Below are positions 1 through 12,639 of a stretch of 64,000 nt of DNA, in pieces. Location: contig NC_082715.1 of assembly GCF_030144855.1 (NCBI RefSeq), positions 146,444,001 to 146,508,000 on the forward strand. The letters run 5' to 3'. This DNA comes from Hypanus sabinus (taxonomy: Eukaryota). Made by a program: the position numbers and the translations under genes. The stretch's first letter is position 1. Each line of letters begins with the position of its first letter. The notes below the pieces were generated by a model. That model was given only the letters and a program-made list of their open reading frames with translations, was not told the origin of the DNA and did no database searches.

Positions 1-220
1 CCACCCGAGATTGAAGGACAGATTGTGACTGTATTGTGACTAGTCAATAACTATTCTCTTAGACAGGTGGAGGTGTCTGAGAAATGGACCAGAATGTCGT
101 TGCTGGTGTCCAGACAACCCGAGCCGTCCGGGATACCCACCAGACCTACATCCTCAACTGTTACCTCACGCTGATCGCCTCCCAGTGGAACTCACAAGAA
201 AAGTGCTCTGGTGAAGTTCC
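1..220 (+). pseudogene. Decayed IgL-type C exon, second class (U1; 5' end lies outside the window)
   Basis: Frame 1 reads PPEIEGQIVTVL*LVNNYSLRQVEVS (first Cys TGT>TGA). After a frameshift, ORF 84.. reads MDQNVVAGVQTTRAVRDTHQTYILNCYLTLIASQWNSQEKCSGEV, a C1-set GVxT..D.TY..SSYLTL.AS.W.S motif. The 3' end is deleted. AATAAA at 333-338. Confidence 0.85.
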
Positions 221-1635
221 ACGATTGATTCCTTTCTGTTTGCAAGCGGCTTTCTTACGGTCGTACTTTACATTATGGCGGAATAAGACATTTTCACTTT
301 GTAAATGTAACCCGGATTCTTTTGCTACTAAAAATAAAAATATATTGTTCTTGCGTGTCAGCGGTTGAATTAAACCAGCGGAGGGGCAGCTGATATCGTG
401 CTCTGACTGTATTGGTTATGAACCATAAAACTGGGAAGAGGAATAGAGCATTTTGTTCCTCCAACGCATCCAGATATTCATCAAGTACTGGTTGATATTA
501 GATCTCAGCAACATGTTCCTGCCCTTTTCCTTAATATTGAGAAATCTGTTATCTGGTGAATGAATTTAATGAAGCTGGCTGGCGAGTAACACCATGGTCA
601 GCACATTGAGTGCGTGTGGTTGAGTGGGGTGCAGGCTGTGCGAAGCTGCCGTTTCTGGGAACATGACGGAACGCCCCTGAGGCAGAATTCCTGCAGAAGG
701 CGTTTTTCACATCTGTTCCTAGATGCAAACGCCTGATCTGAGACTACAGCAATGGTTATGGACTCCTCATCTAGGAAAAAAAAATCTTCTGTTCATTGAG
801 TATGTTAAGATCTGTAAGAATATTAATTTTCATCGAGAGTTGCACACATTCTCGTAAATATCTAGAGAAAAGAGGGCCAGACTGCGCAATTTCTTCACAC
901 ATGTTGACTCTGCAACTAATCTATCACTACCTGATGAAATCCCTCAATGTTTCTGACGAGATCTCCATCCCTGCATTGGGCCAGATGTCCTAATCCTTGG
1001 CCTATGTCTTTTGGTCTTTTTAAGCAGCCAAGGCGGGACCACGCAATGACATCACCATCCGTGTACGTAAATTCTCTCAGGAGAAAGGGTTAAATAACAT
1101 TTGTCTTCCCTGTGGTCTGTTGTTCTGGCGTTTCAGCTTTCAGGAAGCCGACGGCCAGTTATCTTTAATACATTACCGAATGCCCCGCCATTAAAGTAAT
1201 TGACACCTTTGTAAGGTATATTAAAATTGGAGCATGATATTAAAGACTTAAACTAACGTTTTGATTAAAATTAGTTCCTGAAACAACAAAGAATCGAATA
1301 ATTAAAATAATAAATTAAAATAAACCATATTTGAACAGTTTATATTTCTCTTTATACAAATCATGTTTTCCCTACAACCCACAAACAATGGTGCCTCCAA
1401 TGTTTTGAACAGGTGAATCTGGCCCAGGATACAAGGCACAATCTAGTGTAATGGTGGGCGACGTCCTTTCGGTTCTGCTGCAGGTTCTTGCTGCTCTGTA
1501 TTTTAGTTCAATAGAAAGTGTAAATGCTTGAAGTATAGAGGATAGGGAGGCCACAGAGAACAAAGTAAATGTCCGGAGAGGATGAAGAGAAAACGAATGG
1601 CACACCTCATCAATAGAAAGGTGGTGAATCACAGT

Positions 1636-1915
1636 TTTTTATTTATTCAGAGATACAGCACGGAACAGGCGCTTCCGCTCCAATGAGCCACACCGTCGAG
1701 CAGCCTACCTGTTTAAAACTAGCCTAAACCCGGGAAAATTTACGATGATCAATTAATCTAGTAACGGGACCGTTTTTGAACTGTGGGTGGAAACCGGAGC
1801 ACCAAGAAGAACCCCACGCAGTTCACGGGAAGAAGGAACAAACTCCTGCACGCAACGCCAAAAGTGAAGCCCGAACTATTGTTGTAGTGTTGCGCTAACC
1901 GTTATGCTAACCCGA
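1636..1915 (-). mobile_element. tRNA-derived SINE (HE1-like); orthologous copies at ~12355-12612, ~31245-31515, ~53640-53910
   Basis: The minus strand begins with a tRNA-like A-box region (ggttagcgcaacactac) and ends in a CR1-like tail with aataaa. It is repeated at the same position in four units. Confidence 0.6.
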
Positions 1916-2419
1916 TGCCCGGGAGCCACAGGCAAGGAAAGGTATAAGTGAATACAAGTGCTTAGATTCTGCAAGGTCACGGGGATACATAAGAATTCCT
2001 TCGCGGATCTTCCTCAAGATTAGCATTTCTATTCATTGCATAAATACAAATTGTGGGTCGTCGAAAAAAATGAAACTCAGCTCATTGCGAAATGCCGAAG
2101 GGCATGCTCGGAACAGTGAAGGTGCAGATAAACTTAAACACAGAAAATGTAGGGAATACTCTGCAGGGCAGGAAGCCACTGTGTAAGAAGAGCTATTGCT
2201 GACAATTCAATTCATCAGATATCCTGATGGCTGGTGCGGGATCAGAAACACAAACTCAGTTTCTTTTTCCGCAGATGCAGCTTGAACGGCGTCTCCAGCA
2301 TGTATGGTTTTGTTTTAGATTTCTAACATCTAGCGTTAATTGTCGTACCAATATGACGTGTAAATCAGTGAACCTGCAACGTAATATTACATGTATGCAA
2401 GATCGCAAAAAGGAAACCA

Positions 2420-4350
2420 TCTTTTCAAGATAATGTAGTGCTGACTGTATAAATATGTTGGGGAATTTCGATGTTAAGAAGAAGGAGGTTTTCGGCCTCC
2501 TATTATTAAGGTAGATCGGTCCCCAGGTCCAGTTGGGAGTTACCGTTGGTTAAAGAAGGAGTCAGGAAACGAGATGGCTGGTGCCTTGACCAGTATCTTC
2601 GTGGCCTCTGGCCATAGGCGAGATCCCAGAGGACTGACGAGTGACTAATGATGCACCTCTGTATCGGAAGGGAACAAGGGAAAATCCTCGGAACTATAGA
2701 CCAGAAAGCGCACGTCAGTAGTAAGAAATTGCGGGAGAAAATACTTCGGGATGGGATATATGAGCATTTGGAAATTTCCACCCTAACCAGGGAAAGCCAA
2801 CAAGGCTTTGTACGTTGCAGGTCGTGCCTTGCCAATTTCGACTTATTTGACAATATTACGAGATAACTTGATGAGGGTAGGGCTGTGGATGTTGATTACA
2901 TGGATTTTTGTAAGGCTTTTGACAAAGTCCCTCTCAGGAAACTAATCCGGAAGATTAGGAAACATGGAGTCCGTGGAGAATTGTCTCTTTGTATTCATAA
3001 ACTACTTGCGCATAGACGCCAGGGGATAATGGTTGAAGGGACCCATTCTAGCCGGAGACTATTATTAGTAGAGTTATGCAGAGGCCTGAGCTGCTACTTT
3101 TGTTGTTTGAGATGTATATAAATGACCTGGAGTCTAAAAAGTGTACTTTTAAGGAGCATAAGAGAACACTGAGGAAGCAAATTAGGATGGCTGAAAGAAG
3201 GCATGAGGTAGCTCTGGTCGACAAAGCATAGGAAATCCCAAGAGTTTCTACATGTATATTGCGAGCAAACGGATAGTAAGTGACTAGTTTCCGATCAGAG
3301 TGTCCATGAAGCTGAAAGGGATTAGGGAGATCACAAATGGATTTTTTATGGTAACGTATGGTGGATATATCCCCAGGAGCTGAAGAAGTGTTCTCGGACC
3401 ATGTGGGAGTCTAGTGCAGAAAGTTCAGGGGACCCAGCAAACATTTTAAAATGTCCTTAGCTTCAGCTGAGTGTAGCCAATTTTGTTCCGCTGTTCAAGA
3501 AGCTCTCCAAGAATAAGATTGGCAATTATAGGCAGTTGAGCCTGACGTTAGTTGTAGGCAGGTTATTGCACTGGATTCTAAGCGATTAGGTTTATAGGCA
3601 TTTGGAGAAAAACAGAGTCTAATAATGAATAATCAACATGCAGTGTGCGAGGTGGGTCATGTCTAATGAATTATTTAGAGATTTCCGAGAACGTTATCAA
3701 AAGGTTTGATGAAGGAAAGAAAGTGGAGATTTCCTAAATGGACTATAGCAAGGCCGGTGACATAGGTCCCATATGGGAGGTTGTTATCAAAGTTAGGATG
3801 CTTGTCATTCAGTATCAGGTAGTAATCTGGATCAGATATTCGCTTCACTGGAAAAGCCAGAGAGTGGTAGTCGATGTTTGCCTCTCCGAGTGGAGGCCTG
3901 TGTCTAGTGGTGTACCTCAGGGATTGGTGTTATGTACGTTGTTGTTTGTCATCTATATCAACGAACCGAATCATAATGCAATCTAGGTCATCAAATTTGT
4001 GGACAACAGCAAGATCGGGGAGGTAGTGAACGGCGAATAAGGTCATTGAACCCTGCAGTGGGATCTGGATCAGCTGGGAAAACAAGCTGAAAATGTCAGA
4101 TGGTGATTATTCAAGAGAAAGTGAGGACAAACTAGGTTGGACAGACGAGGAACTGTAGGGCCTTAGGAGTACGGTAGAACAGAAGGATTGCCGATCCATA
4201 ATTTCTTCATAGTGGCGTCGTAGTTAAGTACTCTGTAAAAAGAGCTTTTGGCATATTGGCCTTCGTAGATCAAAGTAAATATTGAGTACAAGAGTTTGGA
4301 CGAAGCATTAAAGTTGTATAAGATTATTGCGAAGCCTTAGTTGGAGTATT
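2420..4350 (+). mobile_element. CR1-type LINE ORF2 fragments (decayed)
   Basis: ORFs 2648 and 2885 give SQQGFVRCRSCLANF and VDYMDFCKAFDKVP; ORF 3738 gives WRPVSSGVPQG. These are CR1 RT motifs with many frameshifts. Confidence 0.85.
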
Positions 4351-4379
4351 GTATATAGTCCAAGTCACCTGCCCATAGC

Positions 4380-6190
4380 AACACTAGAACACTAGAATAC
4401 TACGGCACAGTACAGGCTCCTCAGCCCTCGATATTGTGCCGACCCATATATTCCTTTAAAAAATACAAAACTCACACTACCCCGTAACCCTCTATTTTTT
4501 CTTTCATGCATGTGCCTGTCCAAGAGCCTCTTAAATACTCCTAATGTTTTAGCGTCTACCACCATCCCTGACAAGTCATTCCAGGCACCTACAACACTCT
4601 GTATAAAAAATTACTCCTGATTTCTCCCTTAAACGTCACTCCCTTAACTTTGTACATATGCCTACTGGTGTTTGCTATTCGTGCCCTGGGAAACAGCTAC
4701 TGGCTATCCACACTATCTATGCCTCCCATAATCTTGTACACCTCTATCAAGTCCCCATTCAACCTTATACGCTCCAAGGAGAAAAGTCCCAGCTCTGCTA
4801 ACCTTGCCTCATTCGATTTGTTTTCCAACCCAGGGAACTTCTTGGTAAATCTCCTCTGCATCTTCTCCAGAGATTCCACATCCTACCTATAATGAGGTAA
4901 CCAGAACTGAACACAATCCTCTAAGTGTGGTCTCACCAGAGATTTGTAGAGTTGCAACATGACCTCTCCACTCTTGAAGTCAACCCCCCTATGAATGAAG
5001 CCTAACATCCCATAGGCCTTCTTAACTATCCTATCAACCTGTGCAGCAAACTTGAGCTATGCATGGATTTGTACCCCAAGGTCCCTCTGTTCATCCAGAC
5101 TCTTAAGTAACCGACCATTAACCCTCTACTCATCGTTCTGGTTTGTCTTTCCAAAATACATCACCTCACACTTATCCGGAATGAACTCCATCTGCAACTT
5201 TTCTGTCCAACTCCGCACCCTGTCTATATCCTCTTGTAGCCTTCGACAACCTACAGCTCCATCCACAACTCCTCCAATCTTCGTGTCATCCGCAAACTTA
5301 CTCACCCATCCTTGGGCCTCTTCATCCAGGTAACATAAAAATCACAAAGAGCAGGGTTCCCAGGGGTCCTTGTGGCAGTGCACTAGTCACCGACCTCCAG
5401 ACGGAATACGCTCCTTTCACTACTACACTCTGCTTTCTTCCTGTAAGCCCTTTTTTAATCCAAATAGCCAAGGCTCCACAGATCCCATGCCTCATGACTT
5501 TCTGGATGAGTCTCTCGTGGGGGACCTTGTCAAATGCCTTGCTAAAATCCATGCAGGCAACATCTACCGTCCTACCCTCATCAATTGCTTTTGTTAGCTC
5601 ATCAAAAAACTCAATTAGGGTCGTGAGGCTCGCCCTTCCCTTCACAAAATCGACTATCCTTGAGTCGACTGCACTTCTCCAAATGCTCGTAGATCCTATC
5701 CTTAAGAATCTTCTCCAATAGTTTGCAGACCAACGAGCTAAGACTCACTGGTCTATAGTTCCCAGGAGTCTCCCTATTACCTTTTTTAAAGAAGGGAACT
5801 ACATTTGCCGTTCTCCAATTCTCCGGGACCAGTAGTCAAATCAACGCGTACAACAAACTGGAGGAACACATACGGTTCCCTTTTCCTACCATTTTCTCCT
5901 TATATCAGTGGGTCAAACATAACCTGAACCCAGCACAAGTGGTCCCTAAACTTCCTGCACATTGCTTCTGTGCTTTCACCCTTGCACGTCTGTTTTCAAT
6001 TTAATTTCGCTAGTTCCTGCCTCATCCCTTCATAGCCTTTCCGTAGTTCAGTACTTTCCCATTTTGTCTGCTTTTATCCTTTTCCATATCTATGCTGAAG
6101 TTAAGTGAGTTGTGGTCACTCTCACCAAAATTCTCCCCCACCAAGTGGTCTGCCACTTGACCAGGTACAATACACATAACTAGATCAAAT
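4380..6190 (-). mobile_element. CR1-type LINE (RT and 3' end), internally deleted
   Basis: ORF 5322-5645 gives LTTLIEFFDELTKAIDEGRTVDVACMDFSKAFDKVPH; ORF 4697-4879 gives MQRRFTKKFPGL..ERIRLNGDLIEVYKI. Confidence 0.9.
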
Positions 6191-6214
6191 ATGGTTTATC
6201 CTCTTCAAACACCA

Positions 6215-6450
6215 GGAAATCTGCAGATGTTGGAAATTCAAGCAACATACTCAAACTGCTGGTGGAGCACAGCAGGCCAGGCAGCTTCTCGATGGAGAAG
6301 CACTGTCGACGTTTCGAACCGAGATCCTTCGACAGGACGAAAGGTCTCGGCCCGAAACGTTGACTGCTCGTTTCCACGGGTGCTTCCCGACCTGCTGAGT
6401 CCCTCCAGCTTGTTGTACGCGTTGATTTGACCACAGAATCTGCTGTGTAC
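6215..6450. repeat. Palindromic (hairpin) element related to Penelope termini; orthologs at ~17170-17370 and ~37645-37865
   Basis: Long inverted repeat centred on gtcgacgtttcga..ccttcg(tc) ag gacgaagggtctcggcccgaaacgttgac. The same motif ends the Penelope copies at 8625 and 40070. Confidence 0.8.
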
Positions 6451-8096
6451 TTTGTGTTGTCTACATTTATGTTTTGTCCCCTGCCTGTCCATCACCAACT
6501 CAGAACACAGAGCATCACGCCCTTGTCCTCCTGCCCTGATCTCTGCACTTACATTCTGATTCCCACCCCAATGCCAGGCAAGTTTAAACACTCCCCAACA
6601 GCTGCAGCAAACCTGCCCGTCAGGATATCGGTCGCTTTCCAGTTCAGGCCCGTCCTTTTGTACAGGTCAGACATTCCCCAGAAGAGATCACAATACGATG
6701 TCAATAATATTAAAAGAGTGCAGAGAAAATTTACAAGGACGTTACTGGCACTTAACCTGAATTATAGGGAGAGCTTGAATAGGTTTTGACACCGTGACCT
6801 GCAGCAAAGGAGAATGATTGGTGATTTGATGGAGATAAACAAAATTATGAGATGCCCAGACAATGTAAATGCAAGCTGGGCTTTTCCACTAAATTTGCGT
6901 GAAATTAGAACTAGAGATCATGGATTAAAGATGAAATGATTAAATGAAGAATGAGGGGAATGTGTTTACTCGGACTGTGGTCATGGAACGAGATGGAGTC
7001 GGAAGGACTGGGTGCGGGTTCTATTTCAACTTTCATGAGCGATATAGATAGGCACATGGATGGGAGTATATGGAGAACAACGCCCTGGTGACTAGTCCGC
7101 GTAATAGTTCAGCTAGATGGGCTGAAGAGGCTGCTTCTGTGCAGTAGTGATCTATAACAGTATCTATACGTTTCGGAAGCTTTAATGTAATGGCTGTAAT
7201 AGTTTCAATTTGGGTTGCGGTGGGCATGAACAGTTCATGTATTTCACTGAAATTCGAAGCGAAAAACCTGGTAACCAGGGTTATTTTTTAAAATATTAAA
7301 ATGTCCCTTCGGTTTGAAGGATTTTAAAACAGTGATTTTTAAAATAAAGATCTAATGTAAAATGACTATTTCAGCAAGTTCAAGTTGTGTACATACGAAG
7401 GAATAACAATAGGGGCAGGCTGACCAGATCTCCGGTCTCCGGTTTCTGTCATGTCTCGACTCCCTTGAATCTCTTAAAGATCTTCCGATCTCAACCTACT
7501 TGGGCATCGATAAAATTTCTAAGGAAATGAAGGATTAAATGTGCATCGAGAGAAGAATGTTATCTGTTTTTTTTCCAGTCCTCAATACCCAAACCTATTA
7601 TCCGAACACTACAACTTTCAGCTTCCACAGGAAACAAGCGGGACTCGGCTCGGAATTTAACTTGCTTGCTGACAAAGATTTTTAGATGTTTCAATTACAT
7701 TACCTCCGTTTCATCAAAATACCATAGAGAATAGGCCGTATAAATTCGTTCACATAAACTCGCACTTATTCTGGACGCAAAATCTGCTGCATTTCATGTA
7801 ATATAAGGATCGTCCCAGACCCACCAAATTCGCCACTTCTATATTTATGAATCGTCCTGGGTTGAATGTGTTCCTTCATGACAGATGACTGTGTGTCTGT
7901 GTGGACACGTGTGTGCGCTTTCACAGCTCTTTCTTTTAATCAGGGCAATATCATTAAAGAGAGATTTAAATTCATTCGGAACTCGAAAGAAAAATCATGA
8001 AAACATGTTGCATATCAGACTGGATCGTTAATGTTATTGGGTAGCAGTGGTCGAAATTATCAGCAATTTGGCAAGAACCAAGAATGCAATCTTCAG

Positions 8097-8722
8097 GTGT
8101 GGCCTTTTACATATTGGTGAGACCCGACGCAGACTGAGAGACCGTTTCGCTGAAAACTTATGGTCGGTCCGCCAGAAAAAGCAGGATCTCCCAGTGGCCA
8201 CATATTTTAATTCCACGTCGCATTCCCATTCTGATTTGTCTATCCATGGCCTCCTCTATTGTCAAAATTAATCCAAATTCATGTTGGAGGAACAACACCT
8301 TATATACCGGCTGGGTAGCCTCCAAACTGATGGCATGAACATTGACTTCTCTAACTTCCGTTAGTGCCCCTCCTCCCCTTCTTACCCCATCCCTGACATA
8401 GTTAGTTGTTTGCCTGTTCCCCATCTCCCTCTGGTGCTCCCCGCCTTTATTTCTCCTGAGGCCTCCCGTCCCATGATCCTTTCCCTTCTCCAGCTCTGAT
8501 TCACTTTCGCCAATCACCTTTCCAGCTCTTAGCTTCATCCCACCCCCTCCGGTCTTCTCCTATCATTTCGCATTTCCCCCTCCCCCCACTACTTTCAAAT
8601 CTCTTACTATCTTTCCTTTCGGTTAGTCCTGACGAAGGGTCTCGGCCCGGAACGTCGACAGCCCTTCTCCCTATAGATGCTGCTGGGCCTGCTGTGTTCC
8701 ATCAGCATAATTGTGTGTGTTG
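8097..8722 (+). mobile_element. 5'-truncated Penelope-like element (GIY-YIG C-terminal region)
   Basis: ORF 8047 gives LHIGETRRRLRDRFAENL..PVATYFNS..HS. It is flanked by a 13-bp direct repeat (8084-8096 atgcaatcttcag; 8723-8735 atacactcttcag). The empty site is at 18874-18886. Confidence 0.85.
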
Positions 8723-8971
8723 ATACACTCTTCAGATTACGATTATTTGATGAACATCTGGGAATGACTTTAACAGAGACTATTTAACATTGGAGTTTCA
8801 ATTAAGAATTATACTGATTTAATAGAATGGCATTTAAAACTGACGAAATTTAAATGACGTTTATGAACGCAAATACTGAACTGCAAAAGAAAAATGTTTT
8901 AAAGCTATTTTAATGAAGGAAAAAAATGGATAAAATACGCTTTTCATCTTTATTAAGTTTGAAATATAGAT

Positions 8972-9294
8972 TTAGATACAGCTGGATCTCTCGATCGTTG
9001 CTACAAACGGGTTTGCTAGAGCCTCGTGTTTAACCACGTAGGAGTAACGCTCGTGTGAGCTCCATTCTGAGGCTGGCAGAGTCAGGTAACTGCTCACACT
9101 GAACGTGTTGTCCGTGTCCTGAAGGACAGGGCTCGTCTCAACGCCATCGCTTTTCGTACGTCTGTCCACGGTCCACTCAATGCCCACAGCTCCCGGATTA
9201 AAACGGCTCACCAAGCACACCAGTGTCGCTGTGCCCTTTCCTGTAATTTGTTCGGCTGAAGGCCGGAGGAGGGTGACAGCGGGGTTCCGAGGAT
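8972..9294 (-). pseudogene. Orphan IgL C exon (U1): open frame, second canonical Cys mutated to Tyr, no upstream V/J
   Basis: 323-nt exon with an intact AG acceptor and phase 1. It reads PRNPAVTLLRPSAEQITGKGTATLVCLVSRF...HERYSYVVKHEAL...SSCI* (TGC>TAC compared with the other copies). AATAAA at 8949-8954 (minus). Confidence 0.9.
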
Positions 9295-12200
9295 CTGTTT
9301 AAAAGAAGGTGCCAGTTCAGTATAGGTTGAGTAATTGCTTCTGTTAAAACATCTCTCTTGTTTAAAATGCATTTGGTATTTCAAGTTCTCCTTCATCGTA
9401 ATGAACAAATAATTAGTTTCAGTTTTCTCATTTCAATCTGTTAAATTAGACGTGAAAAAATTACCACCTAAAATCTCCCATGATATTTGATTTTTGTGAC
9501 ACTGGGACACAATATGCATAGTGGCGTAAAATGAATGATTTCGGCTGCGGCTTTAACCAGCATTGAATGAATGAATGAAATTAATTTATTTCGGTCAGAA
9601 CAAACATAACAAAAAGCATCATTTACAACGATGATTTCATAACGATGATTTCATAGGACAAAATGACACCAAAAAAAATAGATATTCTTTAAAACAGACC
9701 GAAAGGCTACAGCTTATTACGCCTACCCCTCTTATATATGCAACAACATATTTGGCGTCAATTATCACATCATAAAAATCATAATCTTTTTACACAAAAT
9801 CCAATTCCAAATATCAAATATGTTTATGTTACTCCCATTCATTTAAAATCTTGTTTTTTATATTTGTTCATTAAATAATTTTTAAAGTTTTAACAAACTT
9901 TTTAAGTGTAGTGCATGTTTTTAAATTCTATCTGCGACTGTTCCATAGATTCACCCCTTTGACTGAAATACAATGATTTTTGACATTTGTTCTTATCCTT
10001 TGGTTTCGAAATATACATGTTCTGCTCAAATCATGTTGACTTTCTCTTATTTTAGACAACCTTTGGATACTTTGTGGTAGTTGTCCATTGGATTCAGGTT
10101 GAATAAAAATCTGAGGTTATACCTGACTGCTAATTGTAGCTTCCATTGGGACAAGCTTCCACCGTTTCTACTTCTGCCTTAGACACCTTCACATCATTCA
10201 AATCCTCAGTCATCGACACAAGAGGCAGAAGACTAATACATGTTTTGCTTAAAATCGGGGGTTTTCAACCTTGGTTATGTCATGGACCCTTACTATTATC
10301 AGAGGGATGTGTAGACCCGAGACTGGGAACCCCTTGAATAGTGTAATTAATTCATCTTAGCCATCAGAATACAGAGTTCGCTTTGCGCAATATAAGATTA
10401 CAGCCGGCCTGTATAGTAAATCACTTTTGGACAGTTTAACATACATGTTGAAACTTACTCGGTTTGTTTCTGAAATATTATTTTTCCACTTAAAGAAAAT
10501 AATTCAAGTCCGGTTTGTGGAGTGTAGCGGATCTTTCTCCTTACACTCACCACTGACGAAACCACTTTCTTACAATATTCACGACCTAGTTGGTAAAGAG
10601 AGGGAATACAACTGTGTTCAACTGATATGGTTCAGAACTACCGCTCAAAGTGGTTTACTTTCATATTTTAAGTAATTTCTCGTGCAAAGTTGAAAAGCTC
10701 GCTGTTCTGTGGTTCCGTTTTTAGTGTATTGACATCTTTAATGATAGATTAATTTAACTGATTTACTGCCTGTTATGCCGCTGTCGTTCAGGGCAGTAAT
10801 AAAGATGTTCAATCTATGTCTATAGAAAGAGTCGCACACAGACATAGAGGGATGTTTCATTGCTATTTCCGTAACAAACTTTGACCTGCCAGGGTTGCTA
10901 TCCCTGAGATGAACCCCCGAACCTGGATGGCGAAAGGAGAACTCTTAGTCTGGCCTCTACCCTTTGACCTGCTCGGCATAGTTGACACTATGAAAAACCA
11001 ACGTGCAAGGGCATGACACTCGCCAACATAGCACTCTGGGTCAATCAGCCACGCATGTCTTCAAACCCAACGATAAGGTGGTCCTCTTGGAAATTAATTT
11101 CCACATGGTGACCCCAGTGCATGATTTTAAATTGCCAAATTTCAGTATCAAATTTGGCAGAAAAATCTGTCTGCCATGTTTGCACATATTGACACTCCAA
11201 AGTAAGAGAGAAATAATACCAACAGTTGAAAACATAAAATACTAAAAGGCGTTTGCTAGCAGCTATACAACAACATAACAATTTCAGCACGTAAACAGGT
11301 CATCTCAGTCTTTCTTGTCCGTGCCGAAAGCTTGCTCTCACCGCGTCCCACGTACCTGCACTCAGCCTATAAACCTCCATTCCTTTCCTGTCGATACACC
11401 TATCCAACATTTTTTTTAAATATCTAGAGAAAAGAGGGCTAGACTGCGCAATTTCTTCACAAATGGTGAATCTACAACTAATCTATGTCTACCTGATGAA
11501 ATCCCTCCATGTTTTTGATGAAATCTCCATCCCTACATTGGGCCAGATGGTCTAATCCTTGACCTATGTCTTATGGCCTTTTTAAGTAGCCAAGTCTAGA
11601 CCACGCAATGATGTCACCATACGTATACGCAAAATCTCTCAGGAGAAGGGATTAAATAACATTTGTTTTCCTCGTGGTCTGTTGTTCTGGCATTTCGGCT
11701 TTCAGGAAGCTGACGGCCAGTTATCTTTAATACATTACCGAATGCCCAGCCATTAAAGTAATTCACACGTTTGTAAGATATATTAAAATTGGAGCATGAT
11801 ATTAAAGACTTAAACTAACCTTTTAATTAAAATTTGTTCCTGAAACAGCAAACAATCGAATAGTTAAAATAATAAATTAAAATAAACCATATTTGAGCTG
11901 TTTATATTTCCCTTTATACAACTCATGTTTTCTCTGCACCCCACAAACAATGGGGCTTCCAATGAGTTCGAGGCGTGAATCTGGCCCAGGATACAAGGCA
12001 CAATGTATTGTAATGTTGGACGACGTCCTTTCGGTTCTGCTACAGGTTTTTGCAGCTCTGTATTTGGTTCTCCAATGAAAACTGGCCAGTATGCAGATAG
12101 ATTTCAGAATCTCAAGGCTTGAAAATGCGCGCTTTAGAAAGAAATACCAATTGCATGACGTCGAAAAATAATTAATCAAAGCAAGGAATGCTGAACAAGT

Positions 12201-12639
12201 AAGACAGCTTTAGATCAATGCTCTTGCATTAGAAAGTGTAAGTGGTTGACATATAGAGGATAGGGAGGCCACAGAGAACAAAGTAAATGTCCGGATGAAT
12301 GGAAAACGAATGGCTCACCTCATCAATAGAAAGCTGGTGAATCACAGGTTTTTATTTATTCAGAGATACAGCACGGAACAGGAGCTTCCGCTCCAACGAG
12401 CCCACCGTCAAGCAACCTACCTGTTTAAAACTAGCCCAATCCCGTGAGAATTTACGATGATCAATTAATCTAGTAACGGGAACGTTTTTGAACTGTGGAG
12501 GGAACCGGAGCACCCGGTTCAAACCCACGCGGTTCACGTGAACAACAAGCGCAACGCCAAAAGTGAAGCCCGGGTTATTGTTGTAGTGTTGCGCTAACCG
12601 TTGCGCTAACCCGACTTCGACATATATATTGCGAGTAAA

